Below, one piece after another: positions 40,901 to 53,300 of a DNA stretch of 64,000 bases; position 1 is the stretch's first letter, and every line of letters begins with the position of its first letter. This DNA is from Antedon mediterranea. Lineage: Eukaryota > Animalia > Echinodermata. The stretch is taken from contig NC_092672.1 of the NCBI RefSeq assembly GCF_964355755.1, positions 38,198,437-38,262,436 of the forward strand, read 5' to 3'. A model generated the notes under the pieces. It made no database searches. It was not told where the DNA came from and saw only the letters and a program-made list of their open reading frames with translations. The position numbers were made by a program, and so were the translations under genes.

Positions 40901-43900
40901 GGCGGTGGTGCTAATATCAATCACATGACATCTGAGGGTACAACTCTTCTACACACTGCTATTTTACAGCAGGATACAAAGAGCGCCCTCTTCCTTTTGG
41001 AGCATCAAGCCAAACTTGACATCAGGTAAATTACCTTGCATGTTTCCTTTTCCCGACTACACAGCTATTGAGTCTAACAGTCATTTTGCAGAATAACTTT
41101 TCCACTTGTTAGCTGTATAGTCAAGTATCAGGTTTTGGAAATGTATGGTGTGAACTGGCAAAATAATGAATATAAGGCAGACCGTTTATCGACCCACCAT
41201 GTGACTACACAGCTATTGAGTCTAACAGTCATTTTGAGCATGCTCAGTATGCAGTATAACTTTCCTACTTGTTAGCTGTGTTAACTTAACAATGCTGCTT
41301 ATATATTCCATTTCAGAACAAAAGCTGGTGAAACTCCTCTACAATTAGCCATCAGAAGACACTTACCAGTTGTAGTTGATGCTTTGTGTGTGAGAGGAGC
41401 AAACATGAATACCCCAGATGATGACGGTAATCCACCCCTATGGATGGCACTTGAGACTGGGCAAGAAGATGTCGCCTCAACTTTGGTACAATTCAAAATA
41501 AATATCTTTCTCATTTAAATAAAAACAATGACATCTTCTTCAATATTAATAAAAAAAAGCTAAAATAATATATACATCTTGTGCAGAAAGACAAAATTTA
41601 TTCTGTTTGGAATGTTTTAAAGGCCGGAAGTATTAAAAAATAATATTGTTTAAATGCTTTTTGTTGCAGGTTCGGCATGGATGTGACACCACAAGCTGGG
41701 GTAAAGGGCCTGAAGACTGTCAACAGACATTGCTACACAGAGCTATAGATGAAAACAATGAAGCTGTTGCATGCTTTCTTATTAGAAGGTGACACATCCA
41801 TCCTGTGCAATTATTAAAAATATATCCCTTTACATGGTAGCAGCGGTTTTTATAAACTCACCCAAAATAAAAGATTACAAGAATTGTAGTTTTCACAGCA
41901 GAACCACCACTGTAAAGCTTTGTCTGCACTATCAAACTTGATGTGACAACAAAATGTGATGTGCCCAAATATAGTAGTAATATGCCTAAATATGGTCGTG
42001 ATATGACATCGTCATATCCATATATAGGCACATCACGTTATTTTGTCACAAAAAGTTTGATAGTGTAGACAGAGCTTAAGAAGATGTTTATTTTTTGTTA
42101 CAATGTTTTGTATTCTTGTTTCACAGTCAATGTGATGTAAATAGTCCACGTAGACCAGGTCCAAATGGTGAAGGCTCTGATATCTGTATGGATGCACAAG
42201 GACCTCTACACCAAGCTTGTCAATGGGGTCTGGAAGAGGTGGTTCAATGTCTTGTAGAATTTCAGGTTGATGTCAATGCCAAGGTAATATTAATACATTT
42301 ATGTTCAGTCCCTAAACAAAAATCATCAATATATGTTAAAGTGTATAAATAGAGTCACTAGTTAGTCACTAGTTACCTCGTAAATAATGCATTAAGTTGC
42401 TTTGTGAGCATACACGAACAACAAAATGTTTTAAGATTTTTTTTTGTAGTGGAGCTGCATGTAGCTTGAAGGTTAACAGGCTTGCCTTCCAATCCCAATG
42501 TTCAATCCTGACCTAGTGCCAGGGTTGTAACTTTTTCAACTCCCTCCCTAAGCCTCAAATGAGAATTACATGATAAATTACAAAATAGTTTAGCCATCCT
42601 GGTGGATGCATATGAAATAAAAAAGTTATTTTTTAACAGGATGCAGATGGCCAGACACCTCTTCATATCGCAATAACAAACCAGCATCCAATCATCATTG
42701 GTCTTCTCATGTCACACCCCTTGCTTGACCTGACGCTACGAGACAAATCCGGTTTGACCCCCTTTGCGGCTGCAATGACGCACAAGAATAACAAAGCTGC
42801 ACAGGCTATATTGGACAGAGAGCCAAGGGCTGCAGAACAGGTCAGAATATTCATTTTGAAAATCGGCAATTGCACAAATTGTCTTATTTCCAGAAATTTC
42901 AGAGCTTTCTCTAGAACCTAAATTAATTGTTTACTAAATATCAACCATTTTATTTTAGGTTGATAACAAGGGCAGGAATTTCTTGCATGTAGCTGTTCAA
43001 AATTCCGACATAGAAAGCGTATTGTTTCTAATTAGTATCCGTGCAAATGTGAATTCACGACTGCAAGACCATTCTGCTTTTTCTCCGCTTCACCTGGCAG
43101 TACAAGCAGGATCAGAAATTATTGTCCGTAACTTGGTGAGTTGTAGATTGTGAAGACAATGCTTGTAACTAATGTGAAAATGTGACAATGATTTCAATGT
43201 GACAATGATTTCAATGTGACAATGATTTCAATGTGACAGTGATTGTGACAAATTTCATTACAGTTGTTAGCTGGTGCACAGGTGAATGACCTGAACAGTC
43301 AGAATCAAACATCTCTGCACATGGCGTGTGAGGTGGATCAGCCTAGTCTTTGTAGTGTTCTCATTGACAACTCTATCAATGTAGATGCTCTAGATGCTAA
43401 TGGAAATAATGGTAAACAAACTGTTTTTTTTTTTTGTTATTTCATAAAAATAATAGAAACTACTTGTGAGGCCATTTAATTATTAGCTTTTGTTCTTTTT
43501 GGTTATCCCTTTTTGTAAACAAAGTTAAATTCTAATATATAGAAAAAGGAAATTAAAAGAAAAAGAATTTTTTTTTAACCTTGTTTACTGAGAGTGACCC
43601 AAACTGCATATTCTGACAATTTAAGGTGCCCTCACAAATAAAGTTTAAATAGTTTATATATTGTTTCTATATTTTTGATAACCGATATTTTATCCTTTTT
43701 TATTTGCCCATTTTTATCTTATGTTTATGTTATTCATAAATAATACATTATTGAATATGTAATATTTTTTTTTGCCTATAGCGCTTCACACTGCTGTTTA
43801 TCATGGTAATTTAAACTGCATCAGGGTACTTCTAACTGAGTCATCAATCAATGCTGAAGCTGTTAACTTAAAGTAAGTCAAAAGTTAGTACCTTTAAAAT

Positions 43901-46900
43901 TTAAACAACAAACTAATTGAGTTGATATAAGCTTGGGGAGTGCTGAGGAGAGTATGGTAGTAGCATAGGATTTGTGCATGATTTTGTCTGATTTCTAGTT
44001 TGTGTAGACATTTTAAATGTGACAATGTATAGAGTCAAGCGTATGAATAGTCACCTGAGTATAACATTTGTACCTCAATACCACTAAGACAAGCCTGGAA
44101 ACTGTAATTTTAAGACCACACACGTGTCTGTCTCTCCTGTGCATCCTATGATATCAAAATAAAAAAAACCATTGATTTCCTGAGTACACTACCATATAGT
44201 CCTTTGAGAGTACATAAATGCGAGTTGCATTTTAATGGCGTAATACCTAAACATCTTAAATATGAGACAATTACAAGTGATTCAATTCAAGAGTTTCATT
44301 TTAATGGCGTAATACCTAAACATCTTAAATAAGAGACAATTACAAGTGAATCAATTCAAGAGTTGCATTTTAATGGCGTAATACCTAAACATCTTAAATA
44401 TGAGACAATTACAAGTGAATCAATTCAAGAGTTGCATTTTAATGGCGTAATACCTAAACATCTTAAATATGAGACAATTACAAGTGAATCAATTCAAGAG
44501 TTGCATTTTAATGGCGTAATACCTAAACATCTTAAATATGAGACAATTACAAGTGAATCAATTCAAGAAAACAAATTGTACATAAGCATTGTTTCCTTTG
44601 AAAGTTTAAATTTAAACAATCTATTATTGAGGATGAACAAGCATACTTATCATTAAAAGGTATTTTTAACCAAATTCAAATACATTTATTAAAATATTGC
44701 ATAAATTATTCAAATTTATATATCTGTTTTTTATCGCACTACAGGTAGTACCTGTATATGTTTGCCAAGAAGAATTTCTTTTATTATTTTATATCATGGT
44801 AATAGACAAATAAAGCTTTTCAGTATTTTTTCTAACAGGCAGTTTACTTAAAGTGTGTTCAGAATAGAATGTGATCTGAATCTAGTAATTGGTATTCATA
44901 TATAGATGTAGCTATGCCTTGTATTGACTTCTGGCTCTGGTTTGTGTAAATAAATGTATATATATAGTGATCAATGCCCTTGATTTCCTGAGCATTTCAT
45001 CCAAATTTGTATTCATGAGAATTTAACTATGTTAGAGAATGCCTTATGCCTCTGTTTCTTCTAAGTAATTCCAAATAAATAAAAAAAAAATTCCAAACAA
45101 ATAGTGGACCCATGCCCTTGGGGGGTCAATGGACTCTCCTGTAGCACTTTTTTATCCAAATTTGTATTCATGAGAATGTAACTATGCCAGAGAGTGCCTT
45201 ATGCCTCTGTTTTGTCTAAGTAATTTCAAATAGTGGACCCATGCCCTTGGGTGTCAACGTTCTCTCCTGTAGCACTTTTTTATCCAAATTTGTATTCATG
45301 AGAATGTAACTATGCCAGAGAGTGCCTTATGCCTCTGTTTCGTCTAAATAATTTCAAATATTGGACCCATGCCCTTGGGGGTCAACGTTCTCTGCTATAC
45401 CACTTTTTCCTCCAAATTTGTATTTCATTAGAATGTAACTATGCCAGAGAGTGCCTTATGCCTCTGTTTCGTCTAAATAATTTCAAATATTGGACCCATA
45501 CCCTTAGGGGTCAACGTTCTCTTCTATAGCACTTTTTCCTCCAAATTTGTATTCATGAGAATGTAACTATGTCTGTGTTTGCCATAGTGGCCTTTAAGGT
45601 AAATACATGTTGGATCCTTCAGCACTCTCTCATGCGCAATTGTAGGTCATGTTTCCTTCGTGCAGTGTATATTCTATAAGTTTATTTTCAGTGCCTCAAA
45701 ACTTTTATTGAATTCATTGATGTTTTATTGAGTAAAAACGGTGTATTAGTGTAGATTATTTTTTATAAGCAAGACGATTCCAATTTAAATACCTGTCCAT
45801 TCCAACAACTATATCATAACAAATGAAATATCATCGTATTTAAATTATCTATTCAATTTTGAATAGCCTTATGAAATAGTCATTTTTAACACATACTTCT
45901 CCACCAATGGTACGAAATGCGCAATCCTTTTAGCATTATCAATTTTTTTTTATTCAATTTCCATATTAATATTATAAATTATTGAGAGCTTGTTGTGTAA
46001 TTTTGTCATTTAGAGGTAAGAGGTACTATTGAGTTATTGATTCTTTTTTCTCACTCCAGATTACAGACGCCAATGCATATATTAGGGCAGTATGGTAGGG
46101 AAAGTGCTGCAGCAATATTTGATTTATTCAAAGAATGTATGCCAACATACCCAGTAGAAAAACAAAATGTGGATGGCAACACAGGTAAAGCTCTTTTATT
46201 CATTTGTTAGTATACTATTAGCAGCCTTTTTAACAGCACTTGATTGGTTATAGCCATGGTATTGTTTATACAGTCAACTTTCCCGATACCAGACACCCTT
46301 GGATATTTGGAATGTATTTTTAGTATGAATTTTCCAGAGATTCCGGTATTGGGAAAGTAGGCTGTACCTCAACTACTGGTGTTTAGTATTTTTCTAGACT
46401 GCGTATGCTTGTTTGTGTTAATCTCCTCAACTCAATTGGATCTAGACTGCGTGTGCTTGTTTGTGTTAATCCCCTCAACTCAATTGGATCTAGACTGCGT
46501 GTGCTTGTTTGTGTTGTTAAACAGTAACAGTTTAAAAAACATTTAAAGACTTCTTATTTTAACCAATGTTAAAGAGTACAGTATGTGAAGCGTCGCTGAT
46601 TATGAGCTTTTAAATGGGCGCTGCTATATAAGTGTTGTTGTTAACAGTGGAATTTGGTATATATATTGCTACTGTAGCATTTGGTATATATATATTGCTA
46701 CTGTAGCATTTGGTATATATATTGCTACTGTAGCATTTGGTATATATATTGCTACTGTAGCATTTGGTGTATATATTGCTACTGTAGCATTTGGTATATA
46801 TATTGCTACTGTAGCATTTGGTGTATATATTGCTACTGTAGCATTTGGTATATATATTGCTACTGTAGCATTTGGTATATATATTGCTACTGTAGCATTT

Positions 46901-49652
46901 GGTATATATATATTGCTACTGTAGCATTTGGTATATATATATTGCTACTGTAGCATTTGGTGTATATATTGCTACTGTAGCATTTGGTGTATATATTGCT
47001 ACTGTAGCATTTGGTATATATATTGCTACTGTAGCATTTGGTATATATATTGCTACTGTAGCATTTGGTATATATATTGCTACTGTAGCATTTGGTATAT
47101 ATATTGCTACTGTAGCATTTGGTATATATATTGCTACTGTAGCATTTGGTATATATATTGCTACTGTAGCATTTGGTATATATATTGCTACTGTAGCATT
47201 TGGTATATATATTGCTACTGTAGCATTTGGTATATATATTGCTACTGTAGCATTTGGTATTATATTGCTACTGTAGCATTTGGTGTATATATTGCTACTG
47301 TAGCATTTGGTATATATATTGCTACTGTAGCATTTGGTATATATATTGCTACTGTAGCATTTGGTATATATATATTGCTACTGTAGCATTTGGTATATAT
47401 ATATTGCTACTGTAGCATTTGGTGTATATATTGCTACTGTAGCATTTGGTGTATATATTGCTACTGTAGCATTTGGTATATATATTGCTACTGTAGCATT
47501 TGGTATATATATTGCTACTGTAGCATTTGGTATATATATTGCTACTGTAGCATTTGGTATATATATTGCTACTGTAGCATTTGGTATATATATTGCTACT
47601 GTAGCATTTGGTATATATATTGCTACTGTAGCATTTGGTATATATATTGCTACTGTAGCATTTGGTATATATATTGCTACTGTAGCATTTGGTATATATA
47701 TTGCTACTGTAGCATTTGGTATTATATTGCTACTGTAGCATTTGGTATATATATATTGCTACTGTAGCATTTGGTATATATATATTGCTACTGTAGCAAT
47801 GCCATACCTGGATTGATTTTGCTTTATTTCATTATCTTAGCACTGATTCTTTCTTATCAAAACGGCAATACTGCGATATATTTTTTTTTCTAGACTGCTT
47901 ATGTTTGTGTTGATCCCATCAATTAAATTGGATATGTAGCCTAACGATGAACTATAACAGTGAATTCCGGATTTTACAATACAAACAATAAACATACATA
48001 CAATACACATGCTATATTGCTAGCACTGCAATACCTGGATGAATGTTTGCTTTATTTTATTATTTTAGTGCTGATGCTAGCTTACCAGAACGGCAATAGT
48101 GGTTTATGTAGAGCAATAGTAAGGTCTGGAGCCAGTCTAGGAACGTTGAATAAACAAGGCCAGTCTATATTCAATATGCCTGTAGCTACTAAACAACTTC
48201 TTTTCAGAATGCTTGGTAAGTATCATCATTTTAGTCAATGTTTGTGGTACTTTTATATATTTGTTGTGAGGTAATTTCCCGATTGATCGTAATCAAAATG
48301 ATTAGATTATTTGTATGGAAAACTATAATATGAAATACTTACTGTACATGCTCTTTTTTGCCGTATAGGCCTAAAGGTTTAGTAAAACAACAATTAAGAA
48401 TAGAAAAATAATAAGCTTTATGTATCATACCACTTTAGCTTAATGGTTGGGTGAAGAGAGATGGAGTTTTTCTATAGGCCTAAAGGTTAAGTAAAACAAC
48501 AATTAAGAATAGAAAAAATAATAAGCTTTATGTATCATACCACTTTAGCTTAATGGTTGTGTCAAGAGAGATGGAGTTTTTCTATAGGCCTAAAGGTTTA
48601 GTAAAACAACAATTAAGAATAGAAAAATGGAACATGAATTCTCCAAATAATAAGCTTTTTGTATCAAACCACTTTAGCTTAATGGTTGGGTGAAGAGAGA
48701 TATATTCTTTGTATGGCAAACGATAAAATATTATGAAATACTTATTGTATGCTGCTCTCTTTTCTTGCCATATAGGCCTAAAGGTTTAGTAAAAACAACA
48801 ATTAAGAATAGAAAAATTCTCCAAATAATAAGCCTTTTGTGTCATACCACTTTAGCTTAATGGTTGAGTTAACATTGAGTGGTATGATCATGGAGTAATA
48901 ATTATTACTCCATGTCATGGTATGATTTAATTCAATTGGCATTTATTCAGCATTATATCTCCATTGTTACATACAATATTGCAGGATCTTACAGAGAAAA
49001 TTGTCTGTAGTCAGTAGCAGATCCAGACATTTTACATAGAGGGGGGTATAGGTATAAAACAGAACACAGATAACAATATGAATGCTATTCAGAATTGTGT
49101 TGATAAAATTGTATTACATTATGGTTTACTGTATGTCAGGATCCGCCCCTGTATGTCAGGATCCGCCCCTGTATGTATGTATGTATGTATGTATGTACAA
49201 ACATAATTGTCAAGATGAATTTATGCTATTGCTTTGTCTTTGGAAATTTAATAGTTAATTGAGCATTAATGACTGTATATAATATAAGGACGTGTTTCAG
49301 TAATTCAATCTACATTTGGCTATTTTATTTTTTCAGATATGTTGTCAAAAGAACCAACATGGTCTGAAAGTGAAGTATGTCAAGAATGCTCTATCAAATT
49401 TGGAATAAAAACAAGAAAACATCACTGGTAACAACTTATTTGGAATTATCTAAAATCTCTCTGAAACGCTTTAAAAAATAGTGATAAAATTAACAAAACA
49501 TGTGTTTGTTTCTTTTCAGTCGTCATTGTGGTCGTGTCTTGTGCTCCAAGTGCTCATCTAAGATGGTACCAATCGTTAAGTATGAGTTGACCAAACCTGT
49601 ACGAGTCTGTAATGTGTGTTTTGATGTCATATCCTTGGGTGGTGTATCTTAG
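28913..49652 (+). CDS. ANKFY1: Rabankyrin-5 (BTB, ankyrin repeats, C-terminal FYVE finger), 24 coding exons, 1151 aa
   Basis: Exons 28913-28922, 29822-30008, 31568-31686, 33120-33255, 33539-33662, 35847-35996, 36648-36813, 37091-37295, 38621-38689, 38915-39057, 39635-39732, 40023-40260, 40773-41025, 41317-41485, 41670-41788, 42127-42283, 42640-42840, 42959-43135, 43264-43411, 43782-43872, 46060-46184, 48069-48215, 49337-49427, 49520-49652. All GT-AG, phases consistent, 3456 nt in total. Motifs: MAEEAEKLKKHLDLLRQEYVKLQ start, BTB (SDLTIAVDGKEVKAHRFVLGARS), many TPLH ankyrin motifs, FYVE (W...CQEC...RKHHCRHCG...RVCNVC). Confidence 0.96.
29590..29778. repeat. 17-bp minisatellite in ANKFY1 intron 1, ~11 copies
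   Basis: Unit GCCTAGGCCCTACTCTA. Confidence 0.95.
30569..30710. repeat. ~50-bp degenerate tandem repeat x3
   Basis: TTCTCTTCTTTGCATCTGTGATTTGGATGTAC recurs three times. Confidence 0.85.
31981..32590. repeat. 38-bp GC-rich minisatellite, ~16 copies
   Basis: Unit CTGTGAGGCCTT(G/A)CCACGGGGAGTGGACTCCAGAAACA, contiguous with no spacers. Confidence 0.95.
33853..35030. repeat. 26-bp minisatellite, ~45 copies
   Basis: Unit CACACCTCCAGTATGCTATAGTTGGT, with an interspersed 27-bp GGGTGGT variant. Confidence 0.95.
39037..39368. repeat. 66-bp tandem repeat x5 spanning the ANKFY1 exon 10 donor site
   Basis: Unit ATGCTGTTAACCCCAGTACAG|GTAAACTAAAGTACTAAGCTTCTGTTTCCACTGCCAAACAAATCA. Confidence 0.9.
39843..39965. 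mobile_element. Harbinger-like MITE family A
   Basis: AGCTCTGTCTACACTATCAAACT...AGTTTGATAGTGTAGACAGAG. Confidence 0.8.
41916..42076. mobile_element. Harbinger-like MITE family A, TAA TSD
   Basis: TAA|AGCTTTGTCTGCACTATCAAACT...AGTTTGATAGTGTAGACAGAGCT|TAA. Confidence 0.85.
44222..44568. repeat. 69-bp minisatellite x5
   Basis: Unit GAGTTGCATTTTAATGGCGTAATACCTAAACATCTTAAATATGAGACAATTACAAGTGAATCAATTCAA. Confidence 0.95.
44995..45572. repeat. ~130-bp tandem repeat, ~4.5 copies
   Basis: CCAAATTTGTATTCATGAGAATGTAACTATGCCAGAGAGTGCCTTATGCCTCTG...GGACCCATGCCCTTGGG recurs. Confidence 0.9.
46271..46364. mobile_element. pogo/Tc1-mariner-type MITE, TA TSD
   Basis: TA|CAGTCAACTTTCCCGATACC...GGTATTGGGAAAGTAGGCTG|TA; same family as 50218-50380. 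Confidence 0.75.
46653..47797. repeat. 27-bp minisatellite, ~42 copies, with a 462-bp higher-order duplication
   Basis: Unit TTTGGTATATATATTGCTACTGTAGCA; identical 125-aa ORFs at 46899 and 47361. Confidence 0.95.
48365..48870. repeat. ~110-bp degenerate tandem repeat x4
   Basis: TATAGGCCTAAAGGTTTAGTAAAACAACAATTAAGAATAGAAAA...CCACTTTAGCTTAATGGTTG recurs. Confidence 0.9.
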
Positions 49653-50217
49653 GCCTCCTGTCAATATTCCACTTGTTAATGTGTGCTTTGATGCCATAAA
49701 CCTGGGTATCCTAGGGCCTTCTAGGCTTACATTGTTGTAACTTTCCTTTGGTTGTGTATCTAAGGGCCTTCTAGGCTTACGTTGTCATTTCCCTGGGTAA
49801 TGTATCCTAGGGTCTTCTGGGCTTACGTTGTTGTCAATTCTCTGGGTGGTGTGACCAAGGCCAACTTGGTACTTAATGCTTATAAAGTTCAGAAATGACT
49901 GGGAAATGGTGGTGTATCCTAAACCCAGTTTGGTGCATCTTATTAATCTGCATTAAATAAACCTAGGCTATGGTAGTGTGATTTAGACCCACTGGGTCTT
50001 AGGGTTGGTGCTTTATTAGTAACCTTGGCTAAGGTAGTGTATTCTAGATACATTCGGGCATACTAGTTTAACAATTTTTAAAAAATATTATAGAAAGCTC
50101 ATTTTTTCTATAATAACGTATTCAATATGTACTAATTCAGAAGGTCTAACTTAACTCAACTTCTCTCTGCTAGATTTAGGGGTAAGAGGTCAGTACATGT
50201 TTACCATTTATCTAGTA

Positions 50218-50380
50218 CAGTCAACTCTCCCAATACCGGACACTTTTGGGCTGGCCTAATATGTCTGGTCTGGTATTTGGAATGTATTTTTAATGATAAA
50301 AATGAATTAGGGATCTTTTGAAGTCTGGTTTTGGAAGAGTTTCTGGTTTTCAGAGGGTCCGGTATTGGAAGAGTTGACTG
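50218..50380. mobile_element. pogo/Tc1-mariner-type MITE, TA TSD, downstream of the ANKFY1 stop
   Basis: TA|CAGTCAACTCTCCCAATACCGGAC...GTCCGGTATTGGAAGAGTTGACTG|TA. Confidence 0.85.
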
Positions 50381-53300
50381 TATATCTAGACTTTTTACAC
50401 AAAGTTGAAGTAAACTCATTATTATTCATTTTGTAATTCAAATATTGATTATAATCTCTATATCCAGTATGTATATATTGTATAACGGAAAATTTACCAA
50501 CAATAGTGGAAAAAAACGTTCCATTAGGTGCTTTCATGTACAGTATAAGTACGATTAGATAACTTATTGCACCCTCAACCTGTCTGGTAGAACATTATTG
50601 ATATTAACACAGCATCTTGTTGGCAGAATTAAGAATATTAATAACTTTATATGACAACAAAATGTGACGATGCCCGATACCGTATATGAAAATGGTGATG
50701 CCATCACTACCATATTTGGGCAAATCACACTTTTTTTTTTTTTTTTTTTTTTTTTAGTTCAATAAGACATTGCTTAAGGTCATAGATTGATAAAAAAGGA
50801 CCAAGACATTTTATTAAAATTGTAAATATCAAAGAAAAGCTAATTTGAGAGAAAGGAGATTTTTTGTTTTTCTATTAGAACAATACTAAATGGTGGTTTA
50901 TTGTTTGAACAAACTGACAACAATTCTGTATCATAATAGGTGATTCAATATCATTGTATTTACAAAACAACAGATTTTTGTTGTATTTTATTTTGTATAA
51001 TATATTATCTGTTATAAAAATAGTTTAATATTAATACCTTTTTAGCGTATTAACGATTTGTGCAATTGGTAATGGATTTTCCCAAAAGTCTTCAACCGTT
51101 TTAATGTGGGTTTTCAATGCCTACTTATCTTGTATAATTTGAGGGCAGAATAGCAGTTTTTAGTGCAAATGCTTTATATACAAAACACATACAGTACTTT
51201 TAATACGATAGTCATTATTATTGATTTGATTACAGGCAGCTAAAGTGACCTGCTCACAGTTTTATCTGTAAAATATTTTCATATTTGCCAACCTACAGTA
51301 CAGTTAGTTAATGATACACTTTACATTAATACTAAAAATATAATAGACTTGTAATAACAGTTTCATAATGTTTGTGATGATGCAAAACCAATATATATTT
51401 TAATTCTTCCAATATTTTTTTTCTTAGCATGCAAGGGGCCCCCTTTTTTTTATTCTTTGATCTGCCATTGTTTGGTTTTACTATATATTATTATTATTAG
51501 TATATTAATATAAATAGTTGTGTATTTTAGATATTTGACCAAATATTAAATTAGTAAAAAAGAGAAGCTAACATACAAATGAATCCCAGTTCAGTATTTT
51601 TCCTATACTTGGAAATCCAATATTTGTTAATACTGTATTATTATTATAAGGTTTGTTAAATATAGTACATTCATTATTCCAACAGTAATCAATGCATGCC
51701 AGTCCCATTGTGTTTATGGTTAATGATGTACTTTAAGGTTAAATGCGTTCTCAAAACTCATTATTTTTGCCTAATCTATATATTATAATTGGACATCCAC
51801 AGTAATTACTCAAAGACAGTTCTTTGAGCCTCAAACCATAATACTTTTTTTAATAGGATAAACTGAGAAACGTGTCCAAATAAACACTAACAATGTTGAT
51901 AATTCATTATTTCAATCATTTTTGGCAAGAATTGTTCGTAGGATTTTGTTAAATTCTGTCAAAAATAGACTTTTTAGTGTGTTTTATACCATAAAGAAAT
52001 GTGTATGGTTATACATAATGCATGTCAATAAAAGGACACATTTATACCTGTAAATTATATTACTGAGAATATAGAATGCATGTTAATGCCTGAATATCAT
52101 ATCATGTGGAAATTATTATTTTATTTTCCCATATATTTATTGAACAATAAAATGAGTTTGATTACCAATATCGGGTGTACTTAATTGCTAATATTGTACT
52201 TTATTAGAGTATGAAGGGGACATAGGGACATATTGTATCATCAAAGTGTCCCTTTGTTTGTTTCACAGGAAAGTATATGCTTAGTAAGAGTGTCTGAAAT
52301 CAAAGAACCACATACTAATGAAGTAATCAAGTATATATACTTTTTTTTATACATTTTGTTTCTAGATTAATGTGATGTAACGTAATTACACCTCATGCTT
52401 CCTTTGTTGCTTACTTAGTAACTAGAGGTCATCACTAATTAGTTACGTTTTCTGCGGTTGAACTTGCTGTACAACTTCCTCTGGGATATCCCAATTACAA
52501 TCAGCTTTGCTGTACATCTCGTTATCTTTTATTCACTAGAAAAGCACAGGAGTTGTTGAAAGTTTTTCAAAATTGAAAATCACCAGACAAGTTATTTCAA
52601 AATCTACAATCAGGAAAATCATCCTCCTCCTGTGTGACCTTTCCCCCACGCGCGCTCTCCCATATTACCTCTCCCCACCCTCTCTCCTATGTGACTCCTC
52701 CTCTCCTGTGTGACCCTCTCTTCCCCTCCGTTGTGACCAGTTGCACTTTTATTTGTTTTCTGGTTTGAACCTCTGTTATACAGTATTGTATCTGGGTTTT
52801 TTTTGCATAATAAAATCATTTGGCCACTCCTTTATCCTGAACGGCGAGCCAGGGTTGTAAATTACGAATACACTTCCTTATCCAAATATCCTTGTGTACT
52901 TCACTATCTACTTTCAATTTCTATGAACTATCACTTTCAACTGAGGTTAATTGCTTGTTATATCTATGATATATCAAATGTTTTGTAGTTCAATTTGTTT
53001 TATTTAGTTATTAAAATAGAAAATATTTAACATTTTCATAATGGGTAGGGCCTTTTGGTGTATTCATTGATTTGTGTTAGGAACTTTGGCATATACCTTC
53101 TAATAATATATTTAGTGTTTTAGCGAAAACATTCTTTGTGGCGAATATAGTGTCTTATATGTTGTATTCTGCACTAATTTATAAAGGAAGACAAAAATCA
53201 CAAGTACTGTATAAAAAAAAACTAGACAGGTAATTGATGACTGCCATTAGCCAAGAAAGGAAGTGAGTGTTAAATGTGTGACTTGTCACATCAAGACACT

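Noticed and set aside
46681-47767. Long Cys/Tyr-rich and IATVAFG repeat ORFs
   Set aside because: They are translations of a 27-bp intronic minisatellite, with no splice or homology support.
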